Virus record (IMG/VR): IMGVR_UViG_3300028833_000053
Source: a virus
Taxonomy: Duplodnaviria > Caudoviricetes
DNA length: 64,000 nucleotides
Direction: 5' to 3' (one strand)
The position numbers and the translations under genes are program-made. Below the pieces are notes generated by a model, which did not search any database, was not told the origin of the DNA, and saw nothing but the letters and a program-made list of their open reading frames with translations. Below, one piece after another: positions 1 to 11,100 of this stretch. Each line of letters starts with the position of its first letter. Position 1 is the stretch's first letter.

Positions 1-11
1 TTTACCGTTCC

Positions 12-524
12 TTGCCAACCTACAACGTGCAGCTTGAAGACCTTGATGGGCGGGAGCCAACGCATTCACAGGGGAATGGGGAACACAAGGACACCAACCG
101 CTGCTATGGGAAGATAAACAGGAAGTTCCGCCATCCCGAAGAGGGGGCAACGGAAGTGAACCGCTGCTATGGGACAGTAAAGAGGTTTACAACCTATGGC
201 GTGGAGGGCAAGAAATACCCAGGTTCCATATTGAAGTTCCAACGTCCTCATTGTTCCGGCAACCACCCAACCGAGAAGTCCGTTGACCTTTGCCGCTGGC
301 TTGTGAGAACATACACCAATCCGGGAGAGACCGTGCTTGACGCGACAATGGGCTCCGGTACAACCATAGTAGCCGCAGCCTTGGAAGGACGCAACGCCAT
401 TGGAATTGAACTTGAGCCTAAATACTACAATGTTGCGGTTCAAAGGACTTCCGGCTTTACAAATTCATTCATAGAACCTATAATTAAACAGGAAGAACAG
501 GAGACCCAAGATGACAGTAAATGA
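12..524 (+). CDS. Site-specific DNA methyltransferase (N4C/N6A family), C-terminal part; 5' end probably outside the window
   Basis: HPTEKSVDLCRWLVRTYTNPGETVLDATMGSGTT...GIELEPKYY matches the typical beta-class N4/N6 MTase C-terminus. Confidence 0.85.
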   Translation: MPTYNVQLEDLDGREPTHSQGNGEHKDTNRCYGKINRKFRHPEEGATEVNRCYGTVKRFTTYGVEGKKYPGSILKFQRPHCSGNHPTEKSVDLCRWLVRTYTNPGETVLDATMGSGTTIVAAALEGRNAIGIELEPKYYNVAVQRTSGFTNSFIEPIIKQEEQETQDDSK

Positions 525-855
525 ACTCATTGAGAAACTGAAGGAATACGGTGACGAAAAGACCCGTGACCTGGCAACTGTGAGGATTCTCAACCGCGAT
601 GGTGGGGTAATCGACGATCACATTGACGCATTTGACGTGAAGTTTGGAATCAAGAGCGTTGACATTCCCCTTGACGTGTAGACCTACACGCCGGCGGAAG
701 TGGATTGTGGCGATGACTGGTCCGCATGGGACGAGGATTATGACGGGTATTATGACGAGGACTGGGAAGAGTATGACGATGAAGAGGAAGAGGAAGCGGG
801 CGAAGATGAAGAGGACTATGGCTGGGGCGACGATGAAGAATCATGGAAACCATAA
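511..855 (+). CDS. Hypothetical protein (114 aa) with a highly acidic tail; one in-frame TAG at 679-681
   Basis: ATG at 511 overlaps the MTase end. MTVNELIEKLKEY...PLDV(TAG)TYTPAEVDCGDDWSAWDEDYDGYYDEDWEEYDDEEEEE... ends at TAA 855. Confidence 0.7.
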
Positions 856-884
856 TTGAATTTCTTTCATGTGTTGACGCAACA

Positions 885-914
885 AATGCCACCTTTCAAC
901 GGGTGGCTTTTTCT
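885..914 (+). terminator. Intrinsic terminator
   Basis: GCCACC-tttcaac-GGGTGGC hairpin followed by a T-run. Confidence 0.65.
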
Positions 915-926
915 TTGCAAGGGGTA

Positions 927-955
927 TTGACTTTACACGTCCAATATGATATACT
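927..955 (+). promoter_or_regulatory. Sigma70-like promoter
   Basis: TTGACT-N17-TATACT with TG extended -10, upstream of the sigma factor gene. Confidence 0.75.
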
Positions 956-982
956 GACAGTGAACAAAGGAGAACTGTTTCT

Positions 983-1747
983 ATGAAAAGCGTTATCGAG
1001 GTGTATTCTGACATAGCCGCCGCCAATCCCCCGTGGACTGACGCGGAGGAGAAGGCTTTTATCCAAAGTTGTCTTACGCGCACTGGCAAGTGGAAGCGCA
1101 AGGAACATTTTGTGACCGAAGCCATGAAGCACAATCTTGGACTTGTGTTCAAGTACGTGAACAAGTTGTCGTTCAAGAAGGACGAGGACGTTGTTCAACG
1201 CGCAGTCATTGCAATGGTTGAGGCGTTGCGCAAGTTCGACCCGTCCAAGGGTCACAAAATCTCAACGTGGATAACCAATCCAATCCGCTGGTCAATTTTC
1301 CATTCGCAACATGCCTATTCCAAGGAAGGGGACATTGCCGACGAAATTTCCGCGCTCAACCACAAGTATGGCTTGAAGATGAGCATCGTTTCCATTGACG
1401 CGGAGCTGGGAACAAACTCCGACGAGGACTCCGAGACTTTGGGCAATATCATTTCAACTGGAAACGTCAATCCCGACTATGTTCTTGCCCGTGGCATCAA
1501 GACCATTGAAGAGGAAAAGCAGGAGGCCGACTTGAAGAATGGCGTTGAGAACATGCTTGCCCAGCTTCCGAAGTATCTCAACAAGAAGGAAATGGTTGTG
1601 ATACGCGGACTTCTTGGGGGAAACACCATGACCGAGATTTCTGTGAAGATGAAGCTGAGCCGTATGCGCATCTCGCAAATCTCCGCGAACGCCTTTGAGA
1701 AGATTCGCCGTTCGCCAATGGCACGTCAACTCAGGAAACTCATCTGA
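983..1747 (+). CDS. Phage-encoded sigma70-family RNA polymerase sigma factor
   Basis: Region 2 NLGLVFKYVNKL...ALRKFDPSKGHKISTWITNPIRWSI; region 4 HTH TMTEISVKMKLSRMRISQISANAFEKIR. Confidence 0.85.
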   Translation: MKSVIEVYSDIAAANPPWTDAEEKAFIQSCLTRTGKWKRKEHFVTEAMKHNLGLVFKYVNKLSFKKDEDVVQRAVIAMVEALRKFDPSKGHKISTWITNPIRWSIFHSQHAYSKEGDIADEISALNHKYGLKMSIVSIDAELGTNSDEDSETLGNIISTGNVNPDYVLARGIKTIEEEKQEADLKNGVENMLAQLPKYLNKKEMVVIRGLLGGNTMTEISVKMKLSRMRISQISANAFEKIRRSPMARQLRKLI

Positions 1748-2625
1748 TGAGCAAGAACAAATTTGACCTCAAGTATCTTGGCAAACTCCGAAACCGGGTT
1801 CCTTTCCGTCCCGAAGAGGGCGAGGATGGAATTGGTGGCATCCCCATTGACTGGTATGAATTCAATTTGCTTTACCACAGCAGGCGGCCGGTCATTGTGG
1901 AATGTCCCTATTACTGCTGGGGTTTGGGCGACAATCTCATGTCCCTCTATGGGGCGTTGAGGATGTCCCTTGAATGGAGGACGTTGGGTGTTTTCGCCGC
2001 TTCCGCGGACGCCTATGGCTTGCTTTCCGACAAACTGTACAACTTCCTTGTTGCGAAATCCAAGTGGCGTCCGAAGGGCAAGCGAATGGCGTTGGTGAGG
2101 AAGCGCGAGGAATTCAACGTTGCCATGGCCGATGATTGGGTTTTCTACGTCAACTTCTCCGACACGTTCAACTATCCCGGACTTGAGGACTTGCCATCCT
2201 CGACCCTTGCCACTCTGACCTTGATGAACGAGACGAATGGCTTCAAGGACTGGCAAGGCGCGATTGCAAGGGAAATGCGGTGGTATGGAGACACCGTTCC
2301 AAACATGCACAAGATTGTGGTTCTTTGGGATAACAAGTATCCCGAGAAGTTGAATGAAATCAAGCAGAGGTATGGAAAGCAGTTCGTGTTCATAGAGTAT
2401 GGCAAGGAAAAGGCTTTCGTCAATGATTGGTTCAAGGAGAACGATACCATGCTTGACCCGTTGTTCGACATCCGCTTGATGGAGCCTGGAATGGATATGA
2501 GGAAAGTCCTGCTTTACGCAGCCACCAACTACCTCTACAAGTTCCGCGAGTGGGCAAGAATCAATCCCGAACTTCTTGAAAAGTCTTTCAGAAAAGACGA
2601 GATAAAGGACTTGATGGGAAAGTGA
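1747..2625 (+). CDS. Hypothetical protein
   Basis: 292-aa ORF coupled to the sigma gene (TGATG). Confidence 0.7.
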   Translation: MSKNKFDLKYLGKLRNRVPFRPEEGEDGIGGIPIDWYEFNLLYHSRRPVIVECPYYCWGLGDNLMSLYGALRMSLEWRTLGVFAASADAYGLLSDKLYNFLVAKSKWRPKGKRMALVRKREEFNVAMADDWVFYVNFSDTFNYPGLEDLPSSTLATLTLMNETNGFKDWQGAIAREMRWYGDTVPNMHKIVVLWDNKYPEKLNEIKQRYGKQFVFIEYGKEKAFVNDWFKENDTMLDPLFDIRLMEPGMDMRKVLLYAATNYLYKFREWARINPELLEKSFRKDEIKDLMGK

Positions 2626-2996
2626 GAATACCAGTTCCAAAGTACCTCTACCATAGGACTTCCAACGAGGCTTATGGTTTGATATTGCGCGATGGCAGGA
2701 TAAAGTCAACCGGAACGCCGGCGTCTTGCACCAGATACCAGGAATGGAAGTTTGACAAGAAGGGAAACGACAAGTGGCATTGCGTTTTCCTTGGCGATTC
2801 CGTGGACTTCACAACGGGAATGACGTGGGGTGGGGATGTTGTGTTGAAGATTCGCACAAAGAACTTGAAGGGGAAGAAGTTGGACATGGATCACAACGTC
2901 AGCAAGTGGGACTATGGGCGCAGTTTCAGCTACTATGGCGACATCCCGATTTCCGAAATCGTTGAAACCATCATTGACAAATGGCATTACTTGTGA
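2622..2996 (+). CDS. Small ADP-ribosyltransferase-fold-like protein
   Basis: LYHRT...ILRDGRI...VFL...VVLKI...YYGDIP pattern; similar to 25664-25978. Confidence 0.45.
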   Translation: MRIPVPKYLYHRTSNEAYGLILRDGRIKSTGTPASCTRYQEWKFDKKGNDKWHCVFLGDSVDFTTGMTWGGDVVLKIRTKNLKGKKLDMDHNVSKWDYGRSFSYYGDIPISEIVETIIDKWHYL

Positions 2997-3010
2997 TATA
3001 CTGGTAAATA
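2974..3010 (+). promoter_or_regulatory. Sigma70-like promoter directly followed by the GTAAATA motif
   Basis: TTGACA(2974)-N17-TATACT(2997); GTAAATA at 3004-3010. Confidence 0.65.
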
Positions 3011-3015
3011 GAGTT

Positions 3016-3543
3016 ATGAAAATTGAAGTGTACAGCTTGAACAAGATTCTCAAGGTCGCGGACCGTGAGAAGGGGTGCAACATTCTCTCAATCAGAGATC
3101 CCTATGCAGGGGACGATGGCACGACGGACGCGAAACATGCGTGTCTTGACAGGAGAATCGCAAGGAATGGAATCAACGCCAAGATTGTCTATTTCGACGA
3201 CATAGACCCGTACCGTTTCTATCATGACATGGAGCATCCTTTCATCAAGGCGAAGTTCGTGGATGGAACGCATCAGCCCACGTTTTTCAACGCGCAGATT
3301 GCCGGCGAGATAATGCACTGGGTGATGGACTTGTGGAAGAAAGACCACAACTGCACCATCAAGATTCATTGTTGGGCGGGCCGTTCTCGGTCGCAGGCCG
3401 TTGGCTATTGGCTGAACATGTACTTTAACCTCATGTTGGAGCGCAACATTGAGGACTACATGGCGAACAACGCCGTCAACGTGACGGAGAAGATTCACTT
3501 CAATTGCGAGGTGCTGCGCGTGTTCACGTCAACTTTTGGATGA
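3016..3543 (+). CDS. Protein tyrosine/dual-specificity phosphatase-like protein
   Basis: CX5R loop IHCWAGRSRS; upstream FDD motif. Confidence 0.75.
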   Translation: MKIEVYSLNKILKVADREKGCNILSIRDPYAGDDGTTDAKHACLDRRIARNGINAKIVYFDDIDPYRFYHDMEHPFIKAKFVDGTHQPTFFNAQIAGEIMHWVMDLWKKDHNCTIKIHCWAGRSRSQAVGYWLNMYFNLMLERNIEDYMANNAVNVTEKIHFNCEVLRVFTSTFG

Positions 3544-6225
3544 CGAGCCGCTTGAGCTGGAGGACGATGAGGAACTTCCCCCGCCACCTTCCTGCCCTCC
3601 CGTTCCAAATTTCATCATGCTCTCGAAGTTTGCAAGGGACTTAACCAACTTGTCAAACTTGTTGCAGGCGCACTTCACCGGTATGCACTTCGGCTCAACG
3701 TGGTTCTCGGAAAGGGACAGGTGATTCCAAGGCTTGAGTTCCGTTATGTCAATGCCGCCTTGGCAAAGTTCAGCGGCAAGGCAAGTTTCATTTGCTTCCG
3801 ACTGTACGCTTGAACCCATGTTCATTTGGTCTTCGTTGGAATACTTGTTTGGTTGAAGTTCGTGCAAGGCAATCTCCTCATCGTACTCCTTCTTGTTCTT
3901 CATGTTGTTCACGTCGGAATAGATGCCATACGCCTCTTCAACCTTCTTGAGCAGTTTGTGGTTCTTCTCGCGCAGTTCGTTTATCTCGCATAGTTGGGCA
4001 TCGTTACAGCAGTTTCCATTCAACGATGGGTCTGCCATGACCGCTGAAATGGCAGCTTGCTTTATTCCAATTGCTTCAACCGCCGCGCACATCCACTGGC
4101 AAAGTTCCTTCACGAAAGGTCTGTAGTTCTCCGAGAGGAACGCTATGTTCTCCACCTTGTAGCACACGCAAATGGGCTTTAGCAGGTCGCAAAGGTGTCC
4201 GGGGCAGGTGAAGTGACCTATCAAGTCGCATGTGTCGAAGTTGTACGAGTCATAGCCGGTGCTTGCTGCCGTTTCACTGATAAGGGTTTGGTCAACAACA
4301 ACTGGACTCCAAGGCGAACAAGAACTCATTACAATAGCACCCATTGGGATTTGGTGGGTGTGGTCGTGTTCCGTTGTCACCGGAACTTCCTGCAAACGCC
4401 ACCAGTTGTCCGGGCAACTTATGATCCCATCCGTTCCACCGCCATGGTGTTCAACCTCTATTCTCCACAGTCTTGTCAAGAACTCCCTTTCCCAACAGTC
4501 ATACACTTCCGTCCATGCGTCCAACATGGAATCCTCAAATGCGTTTATGCTGTCAATTGCCATTTGACACCAAGTTGGAAGTTCTATTGTCGGGCCTTTT
4601 TCTCCGTACTCCCAAAGTTGGTTGAACATAGAGTCAAGAATGTTCTTTCCTTTCTTCGGCAACAGAGCCTGGTTCACCATTACGTCCATCACGCCCTGTT
4701 GGATTACGCACTTGAAGGCCGTTATGTGCTTCTTGAGTTTCTTCGGGCACATTCTTGTGTGGGTGATGGAACAGTGCCACCCTGGGTTCTCGTGGTCGCC
4801 TTTCTAGTCCTCTATGAGTTCGTTCATTATGTCCAACGCGCCATAGACCGGATTGGCAAGAGTGTCTATGTTGCACCATATCAAGGGGAACGGTCCAGGC
4901 CCGGAAGGGCATACGCATCTGCATTGCTTCATCGTGTCAAGGGACTTTTCCCTCAATTCTTGGAACAGCTTTTTCACGCAACTCAACTTGTTCGTAAGGG
5001 TGAATTTCTCAACGGCATCCTCCTTTGGCGCAATATACGTTGTACCTTCCTTCTTGTGGTTTTCCACACCCGTGTCGGTTACGCCAAGTTTCTTTCCCAT
5101 TTGGGAGTCTATTATCTTGGAAGTGAAAATCTTTTCCTTGTCTTGAGCCGCGTCTTGCTCTATCGTTTCCTTCACGTTGAGGAACTTTGAGATTGTCTGT
5201 GACACCGCGTCCTTGTTCATCAACCTGTCAATCACGCCCTCCAGCAAATCCACTTTGCGAATCATCGTCTCGATTGCGATTGGCTGCATGGGGAATTCGC
5301 AATAGGTTCCGAGTTTCATCATTTCAACCATTTCGCCCGTGAGACCGGGAACCCAATAGTCCTTGCAGTAGCGTTTGGTGCAAGAGTCCGGTCCGCGCTT
5401 GATGAACCAGTTGTTCGCCCAATCCTTCAATGCACGTCCAGTCCAAAACACGTTTGTTTGGAACGTCTCTTTGCAATCTTGGTTGGGGATGGAAAGAAGT
5501 TTGTCGTAGGAGTTGTTGTCAACCACAGTGTAGAGGTGTTCCATTCGCAGGATGTTTGCCTTGTACTGGTCAAGCGCCGCAAGCACCACGTTCTTGTCCT
5601 TTTCGTAGTGTTGCACCCAGCCTTCCGGGGCGAAGAACCTTGGATTGGTTGTTTCGGGATCGTAGATCTTCCCTTCAAGTTTTAGGAAGTCACGGCACGT
5701 CTTCTCCATCGTGATGAGATCGTCCTGTGGGGTGAACTGATCTGCAACGTTGTCGCGTTGCGTGATGGGGCAAGAGCTCTGTTTTGGAATGGCACGATAC
5801 ACGGTGAATATCTTTTTGCACATGGAGTTGACGGAATCATCAACGTCCTGCATTCCAACTTCACCAAGATCGGTGTCGGGATTTGTTCCACCCGGATATT
5901 CAGCTGCACTGTCCCCATTGGCAGAGCCGCCGCCGCAACTGCCGCCTTTTTTCTTTTGTTGTTCCTCTTCTTTGTCCTTGCCGTCTTCACCACTGCTTTC
6001 AGTCATTTGGGACAACTGGTCGAGTATGGCATCCTCTGCCTTGTCCCCTGCCCAAGAACCTACTTTTTCCCCGATATATCCTCCAACCATGCTTCCTATC
6101 GGACCGCCATATGCCGCACCAATGGATTCACCTGCCGCTTTTCCAGCTTTACCCCCTATTTGTGAACCCATCTGCCCTCTTTCAACTGGCGTGTTTTCAA
6201 TGAGATTTTCTTTCAATTCTTCCAT
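3529..6225 (-). CDS. Large Cys-rich hypothetical protein (898 aa) with an N-terminal glycine zipper; one in-frame TAG at 4804-4806
   Basis: ORFs 4804-6225 and 3529-4752 share a frame and are separated only by TAG plus 17 open codons; GTAAATA on the minus strand at 6250-6256. Confidence 0.75.
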
Positions 6226-6291
6226 CGTTAAACGTTCCTTCCATTGTGGTATTTACCATTTATCCCAAATATGGTATACTGTATATGAGCC

Positions 6292-7413
6292 ATGAAAAGC
6301 GAACGATACGGCATAGAGCATAGATACATAGATTCAATTCAATGTCCGGTGGACTTGGATGCCCTCGTAATGTCGAAGGACTGCACGCCGAAGTTCATTG
6401 AGGAGAACTTGAACATAGGCGACGACATAATGTGGGATGCCATTCGCCTTTCAACATGCAACTATTGGCTTTTGAAGTTGGACGTGTTGAAGGAGTTTTC
6501 GCCAAGGTTCCGGAAGCGCATATACAAGTCGTTGCCGGCGTTCAGTCGGATGATTCGCGTGTACTTCTATATCCAGGCTATGACGAGCAACGAAAAGGAG
6601 TTGAAGGACGAGCTGCTGGATTGGGAGAACGAACATGGCATCACCGATTCCAACTTGAACCTGTACAACCCCTTGAACAACTTGAGCAACAACTTGAAGG
6701 TGTGGGACTTGAAGGTGTTGGCCGGGCAGTTGACCTTGCGCAAGTACCTTCTTGACCGCATAAAGGCGTTTCTTGACAAGAACGACAAGTCTCAGGTTGA
6801 TTTCAGCAGTTCGCTGTATTTGACCGAGTTGTTGAATCCAAAGTTCTTCAGCCAGTTGTCGGAGGCAGAGCACATAGTCCTTCTTGGCAACCTTGAAAAC
6901 TACTTCACCGTTGTTGAGAAGTTCGCAAAGAAGGGCTTGACTTTGCGTACAACCTACAGTCCGCATCATGAGTTCAATCCACCGCAGCATTTGTTGAAGC
7001 ACGTTCTATCTGGGGAGTTCCCCTACACCAACCGCGTGAAGATGATTGCTTGGAGGCAGTTGTGCAAGGAAGTTGACAGGCAGATGAACGCCTTTACAAC
7101 GTCCTCTGGTGTGTTCAAGATATTCAACGGCGACAAGATGGAGAAGCAGTTTGAGCCGATGTTGAAGCGGTTGAACGATGCCGGCTACAGTTATGTCAAT
7201 CTGGCGGAGTGGCTGGACAACGCCGAGGGGGTGTTTGAGTCATTTGAACTTGACTGCACTTTGCACAACCTTTCGGCGACCGACTACATTCTTCCGATAT
7301 TGTCAAAAAAGGACTACTACAAGATGGCGGATGGTTTGGTGAATTTTCAGGATGATGAAACAAGGAATATGCTGTTCAAGGAAGTCTCCGAAAGTATGGA
7401 ATCTTTCCGATGA
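6292..7413 (+). CDS. Hypothetical protein
   Basis: 373-aa ORF preceded by a TGGTATACT -10 element. Confidence 0.7.
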   Translation: MKSERYGIEHRYIDSIQCPVDLDALVMSKDCTPKFIEENLNIGDDIMWDAIRLSTCNYWLLKLDVLKEFSPRFRKRIYKSLPAFSRMIRVYFYIQAMTSNEKELKDELLDWENEHGITDSNLNLYNPLNNLSNNLKVWDLKVLAGQLTLRKYLLDRIKAFLDKNDKSQVDFSSSLYLTELLNPKFFSQLSEAEHIVLLGNLENYFTVVEKFAKKGLTLRTTYSPHHEFNPPQHLLKHVLSGEFPYTNRVKMIAWRQLCKEVDRQMNAFTTSSGVFKIFNGDKMEKQFEPMLKRLNDAGYSYVNLAEWLDNAEGVFESFELDCTLHNLSATDYILPILSKKDYYKMADGLVNFQDDETRNMLFKEVSESMESFR

Positions 7414-7451
7414 TGGTAAATAGAGAATGACAATTGAAGGTGAGTAAAAAC

Positions 7452-8042
7452 ATGAGCAAGTATTTTGACAAACTGTTGAAGATGAACGAGAGCCTTGACA
7501 AGGAACTCAAGAACAAGGGATTGGTAAAGGAAGGAGATGATGATGCCCAGGTTCCAGTTCCTGCAGATTCATTGACGGATGACCAAAAGAAGGGCATTTT
7601 GTCCGACACGTTGAAGGACGCGGGCTTGGAAGTTGACCAGAAGGTTGTGGATGAGTTGGTCAAGAACCCAGAGGAAATGGCTGGCGTTCAGAAGATTTTG
7701 GGGGATGAGCAGAAGAACGAAAGTGCCGAAGAGTTGGGGGATATTTCCGAGGAAGTTGTGATTCGCATGGATGACGATGACCTTGACATGCACGGCTATG
7801 TTTCCACTAGGGGTGGAAAGGAACTTGTACTTACGGACAACATGGAAGAGGCGCAGAAGTTTCAACATGAAGAACTTGGTCAAAACCGGATTGAAGCCAT
7901 CTGCAACAAGTTCCATTACGATCCAAGCACGTTCAAGACGGTATCGGTTGATCCAAGGGCGGATGAGCCTTATGAAGACGACGAATCCGAGCAATGGATA
8001 AGTCTGAATCCCCTTGACCCTACTGCCACCACCATTGGATAA
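7452..8042 (+). CDS. Acidic hypothetical protein, possibly virion-associated
   Basis: Preceded by GTAAATA (7416); followed by a hairpin terminator near 8068-8094. Confidence 0.6.
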   Translation: MSKYFDKLLKMNESLDKELKNKGLVKEGDDDAQVPVPADSLTDDQKKGILSDTLKDAGLEVDQKVVDELVKNPEEMAGVQKILGDEQKNESAEELGDISEEVVIRMDDDDLDMHGYVSTRGGKELVLTDNMEEAQKFQHEELGQNRIEAICNKFHYDPSTFKTVSVDPRADEPYEDDESEQWISLNPLDPTATTIG

Positions 8043-8154
8043 ACCGTTGAGATAACAATGCAAAATTGCGGCATCCGTGAGGGTGCCGTTTTTGCTATAT
8101 ATGGAACTGTCCTCAAAAAATGGTAAATAGCAGCATAACTGAAAATGTGACATA

Positions 8155-11100
8155 ATGGCTCAACCAAGGACACAAGATAACCAAAAGGTATTTCAATCGG
8201 CGACATAGAACTTCAAGTCCTTTGTCGGTGCGGTTGACAATGTGTCGTCGTCAAAGAACATCAGTGAAATCTACGACAACATGACAAAGTTGTTTGACGT
8301 TTTCACCCAAGGTGCTTTGACGGGTCAGGGCGCAAACTCCGAGATTTTGCTGCGAACTGTCTACCGTTCCTTGTCGGATGACTTCCTGAAGATAATCCAG
8401 GACACGGACGCCGTTGAAAAGATAGTGGAACTCATAAAGAGCAAGCAGGAAAGCATAGACCCTGAGCAGGTTGACCAGGCTATGGTTTCCGAGACCACGA
8501 AGAAGGTTGTCACGAAGACGCTTGACCCATACGAGTGCGATCCAATGTCCGTGGTGTTGGATTTCGTTGACGAGCTTCAAACGGCAATTCTTCAAGTCAA
8601 GCTCAACCTCTCGCGTGAATACGAGAGGAAGAAGCTGGCTTATGCGAAATCCTATGAGGGACAACAGGAAGATCTTGACCGCCTCAATCAGGAATACACC
8701 GAGCAGGACGAGGCTATGGTGGAAGTCCTTGAACAGATGTCCGAGGACGAGGAGACTTGGAAAGAGGATTCGCTTGAGAAGTTGGAGAAGTTGCTTGAGA
8801 CGTTCAATGAGATTGGCAAGGGCAAGGATTCCAACTATGAGTTGTTGCAGGGTGTTGACAAAACCCTGTCCACCGACAAGCAGATTCAGCAATTCTTGAA
8901 GGAGAAGCCACCGAAGTTCTCTCCGAAGAAAACGCTTGATGCCATAAAGGGTGTTGGGCAGTTGAAGAGCAAGCCGGACGTCACAACCGTTGAGAGCAAG
9001 ACCCAAACCAAGACCGTTGTGAAGTCCACGCAAACGGAAATCAAGAACACGGTTGTGGTGAAGGAAAAGGCGAAGAAAGACGGAAAGAAAGTTCCATAGC
9101 CGAAGGTTCCTGAAAAACCAGTTGCGAAGGACGAGAAGAAAAAGGAAACGCCTGTAAAGGAAAAGACACCCGAAACGCCGACTCCGGTGAAGAAGGATGA
9201 GGCAAAGACGCAGACCCCACAGGTTCCGGAGAAAACTCCAGAACCCATTGGCAAGAAGGGTCCGCCACCAATCCAGCAGGAAAAGATAAAGGTTGCTCCG
9301 CCTCCACCATTGCCGGTAGTTCCACCTCAAATCGAGAAAGAAGAAAAGCCGAACGAGGATGAAAAGGCTAAAAAGCCCATTATGGAAAAACCCATAATGG
9401 AGAAGCCCATTATTCAAAAGCCGGTAATGGGAAAGCCGATAATAGAAAAGGCGGTTGACGAAAAACCCAAGGTTGAGAAACCAACTCTGGAAAAGGCAAC
9501 GAAGGAAAAGCCGACAATTGAGAAACCAAAGGTTGAACCAGTATAGGTATAGAAGCCAACCTTGGAGAAGCCAATGGTCGAGAAGCCGACGGTTGAAAAG
9601 CCCGTCGAGCAAAAGCCAATTGTTGAAAAGCCTGTAGTTGAAAAACCCAAAGAGGGAAAGACCACGGTTGAGAAGCCCAAGGTTGAAAAACCTAAAGTTG
9701 AGAAGCCAATTACAGAAAAACCCGTTGTTGCCAAGCCAATTGTTGAAAAGCCAAAGGTTGAGAAGCCGACATTTGAGAAGCCAAAGGACGAGAAGCCTGT
9801 AGTTGAGAAGCCCGTTCAACAAAAGCCGAAAGTCGAGAAGCCTCTTGTTGCGAAGCCGGTGGAGAAGAAGCCTTTGATAGGCAAGCCGTTGGTGAAGAAG
9901 CCCATTTTGGAAAAGCCGACGGAAGGGAAGCCCATTGTCCAAAAGCCATTGGTCAGGAAGCCTCTCATACAAAAGCCTGTTCTGTCAAAACCAGTTCTTG
10001 GAAAGCCGACAATGGGGAAGCCCATTTTCCAGAAGCCAATCACGCAAAAGCCCCTTCTTCAGAAGCCAATAGTTGAGAAGCCCATAAAGAAGAAGCCGTT
10101 GTTGGAAAAGCCGAAGGTTGAAAAGGCGAAGGTGGCGAAGCCGAAAATTGAAAAGGTCAAGTCAAAGGCCGCAAAAAAGGCTCCTGCCAAAATAGTCAAA
10201 AAGGCTGCAAATGCCGTTCCAAAGTCCCCAATGGGGAAAAAGACGCCCGACCCGAAATTGGCGCAAAAGAACTTTGCAAAGGAGTTGGACAAGACCTTGA
10301 ACGCCGGAAAAGTTCAAGAGCAGAAGTACACCAAGCAGTTGGATGTAATAGAGAAGTTTTTGGCAAAGGACGAGAAAGACGATAAGCAAAAGCACGCCGA
10401 GGATGCAAAGCAGCACAAAGAAGATGACATCATCTTCAAGAAGATGCAGGAGAAGGAAAAGAAGGTAAATGCTGCGAAGGACAAGGCCGAAAAAGAAAAG
10501 CGGGACGAGGAGAGGAAAAAGCAAGCCGCAAAGAAGAAGGAGGCGCCGAAGGCCGTCAAGGCGCAACCCAAACCCGCGTCGGCTCTTGGAAAGAAACCCG
10601 CTCCAGAGAAGCCAAAGGACACCAAGCTCAAGGTGAAGCCCAATGCGGGAATGTGTACGTGCCCGATATGCGGTTCGCAACACCTTCCTGGAATGCACTC
10701 ACATGGCGGGAAGAAAAAGGGTGCAATGCCAATGCCGATTCCCGTTCCAATGGGGAAGGGAAAGCAGGGCAAGTTGGCGCAACCCGCAATTCCATTGAAT
10801 CCACTTGGAGGTGACTAGTCCGAGGGTGGAATTCCACAGGACAAGATTGTGTCCACCCTTGGCACAATCCACGACAACTTGGGCAAGACGATGAACAACA
10901 AGAAGTTCAAGAACTCCTTCATGCTCAACTACAAGCCGATTCAAAAGGGCGTGAAGAAGCAACTTGACAAGGTTGGTTCGGACGAGAAAACCATCAGCCA
11001 GGACTTGGCGGAAACAGAGAAGGGCATCAAGAAGTTGAAGAACAAGAAGAAGGGCAGCTTCCTTTCGAGGTTGATGAACGGCGGCATAACCGGACTCATA

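Noticed and set aside
87-178. Short direct repeat AACCGCTGCTATGGGA in the MTase gene
   Set aside because: Two copies encoding NRCYG in a variable loop; no sign of a mobile or regulatory role
8251-9972. 573-aa minus-strand ORF and other long antisense ORFs
   Set aside because: Shadow of the plus-strand coding frame and its repeats; no recognisable motifs
9370-10160. Possible CRISPR array or non-coding repeat
   Set aside because: Degenerate 15-nt period that varies at codon level, with no constant repeat-spacer structure
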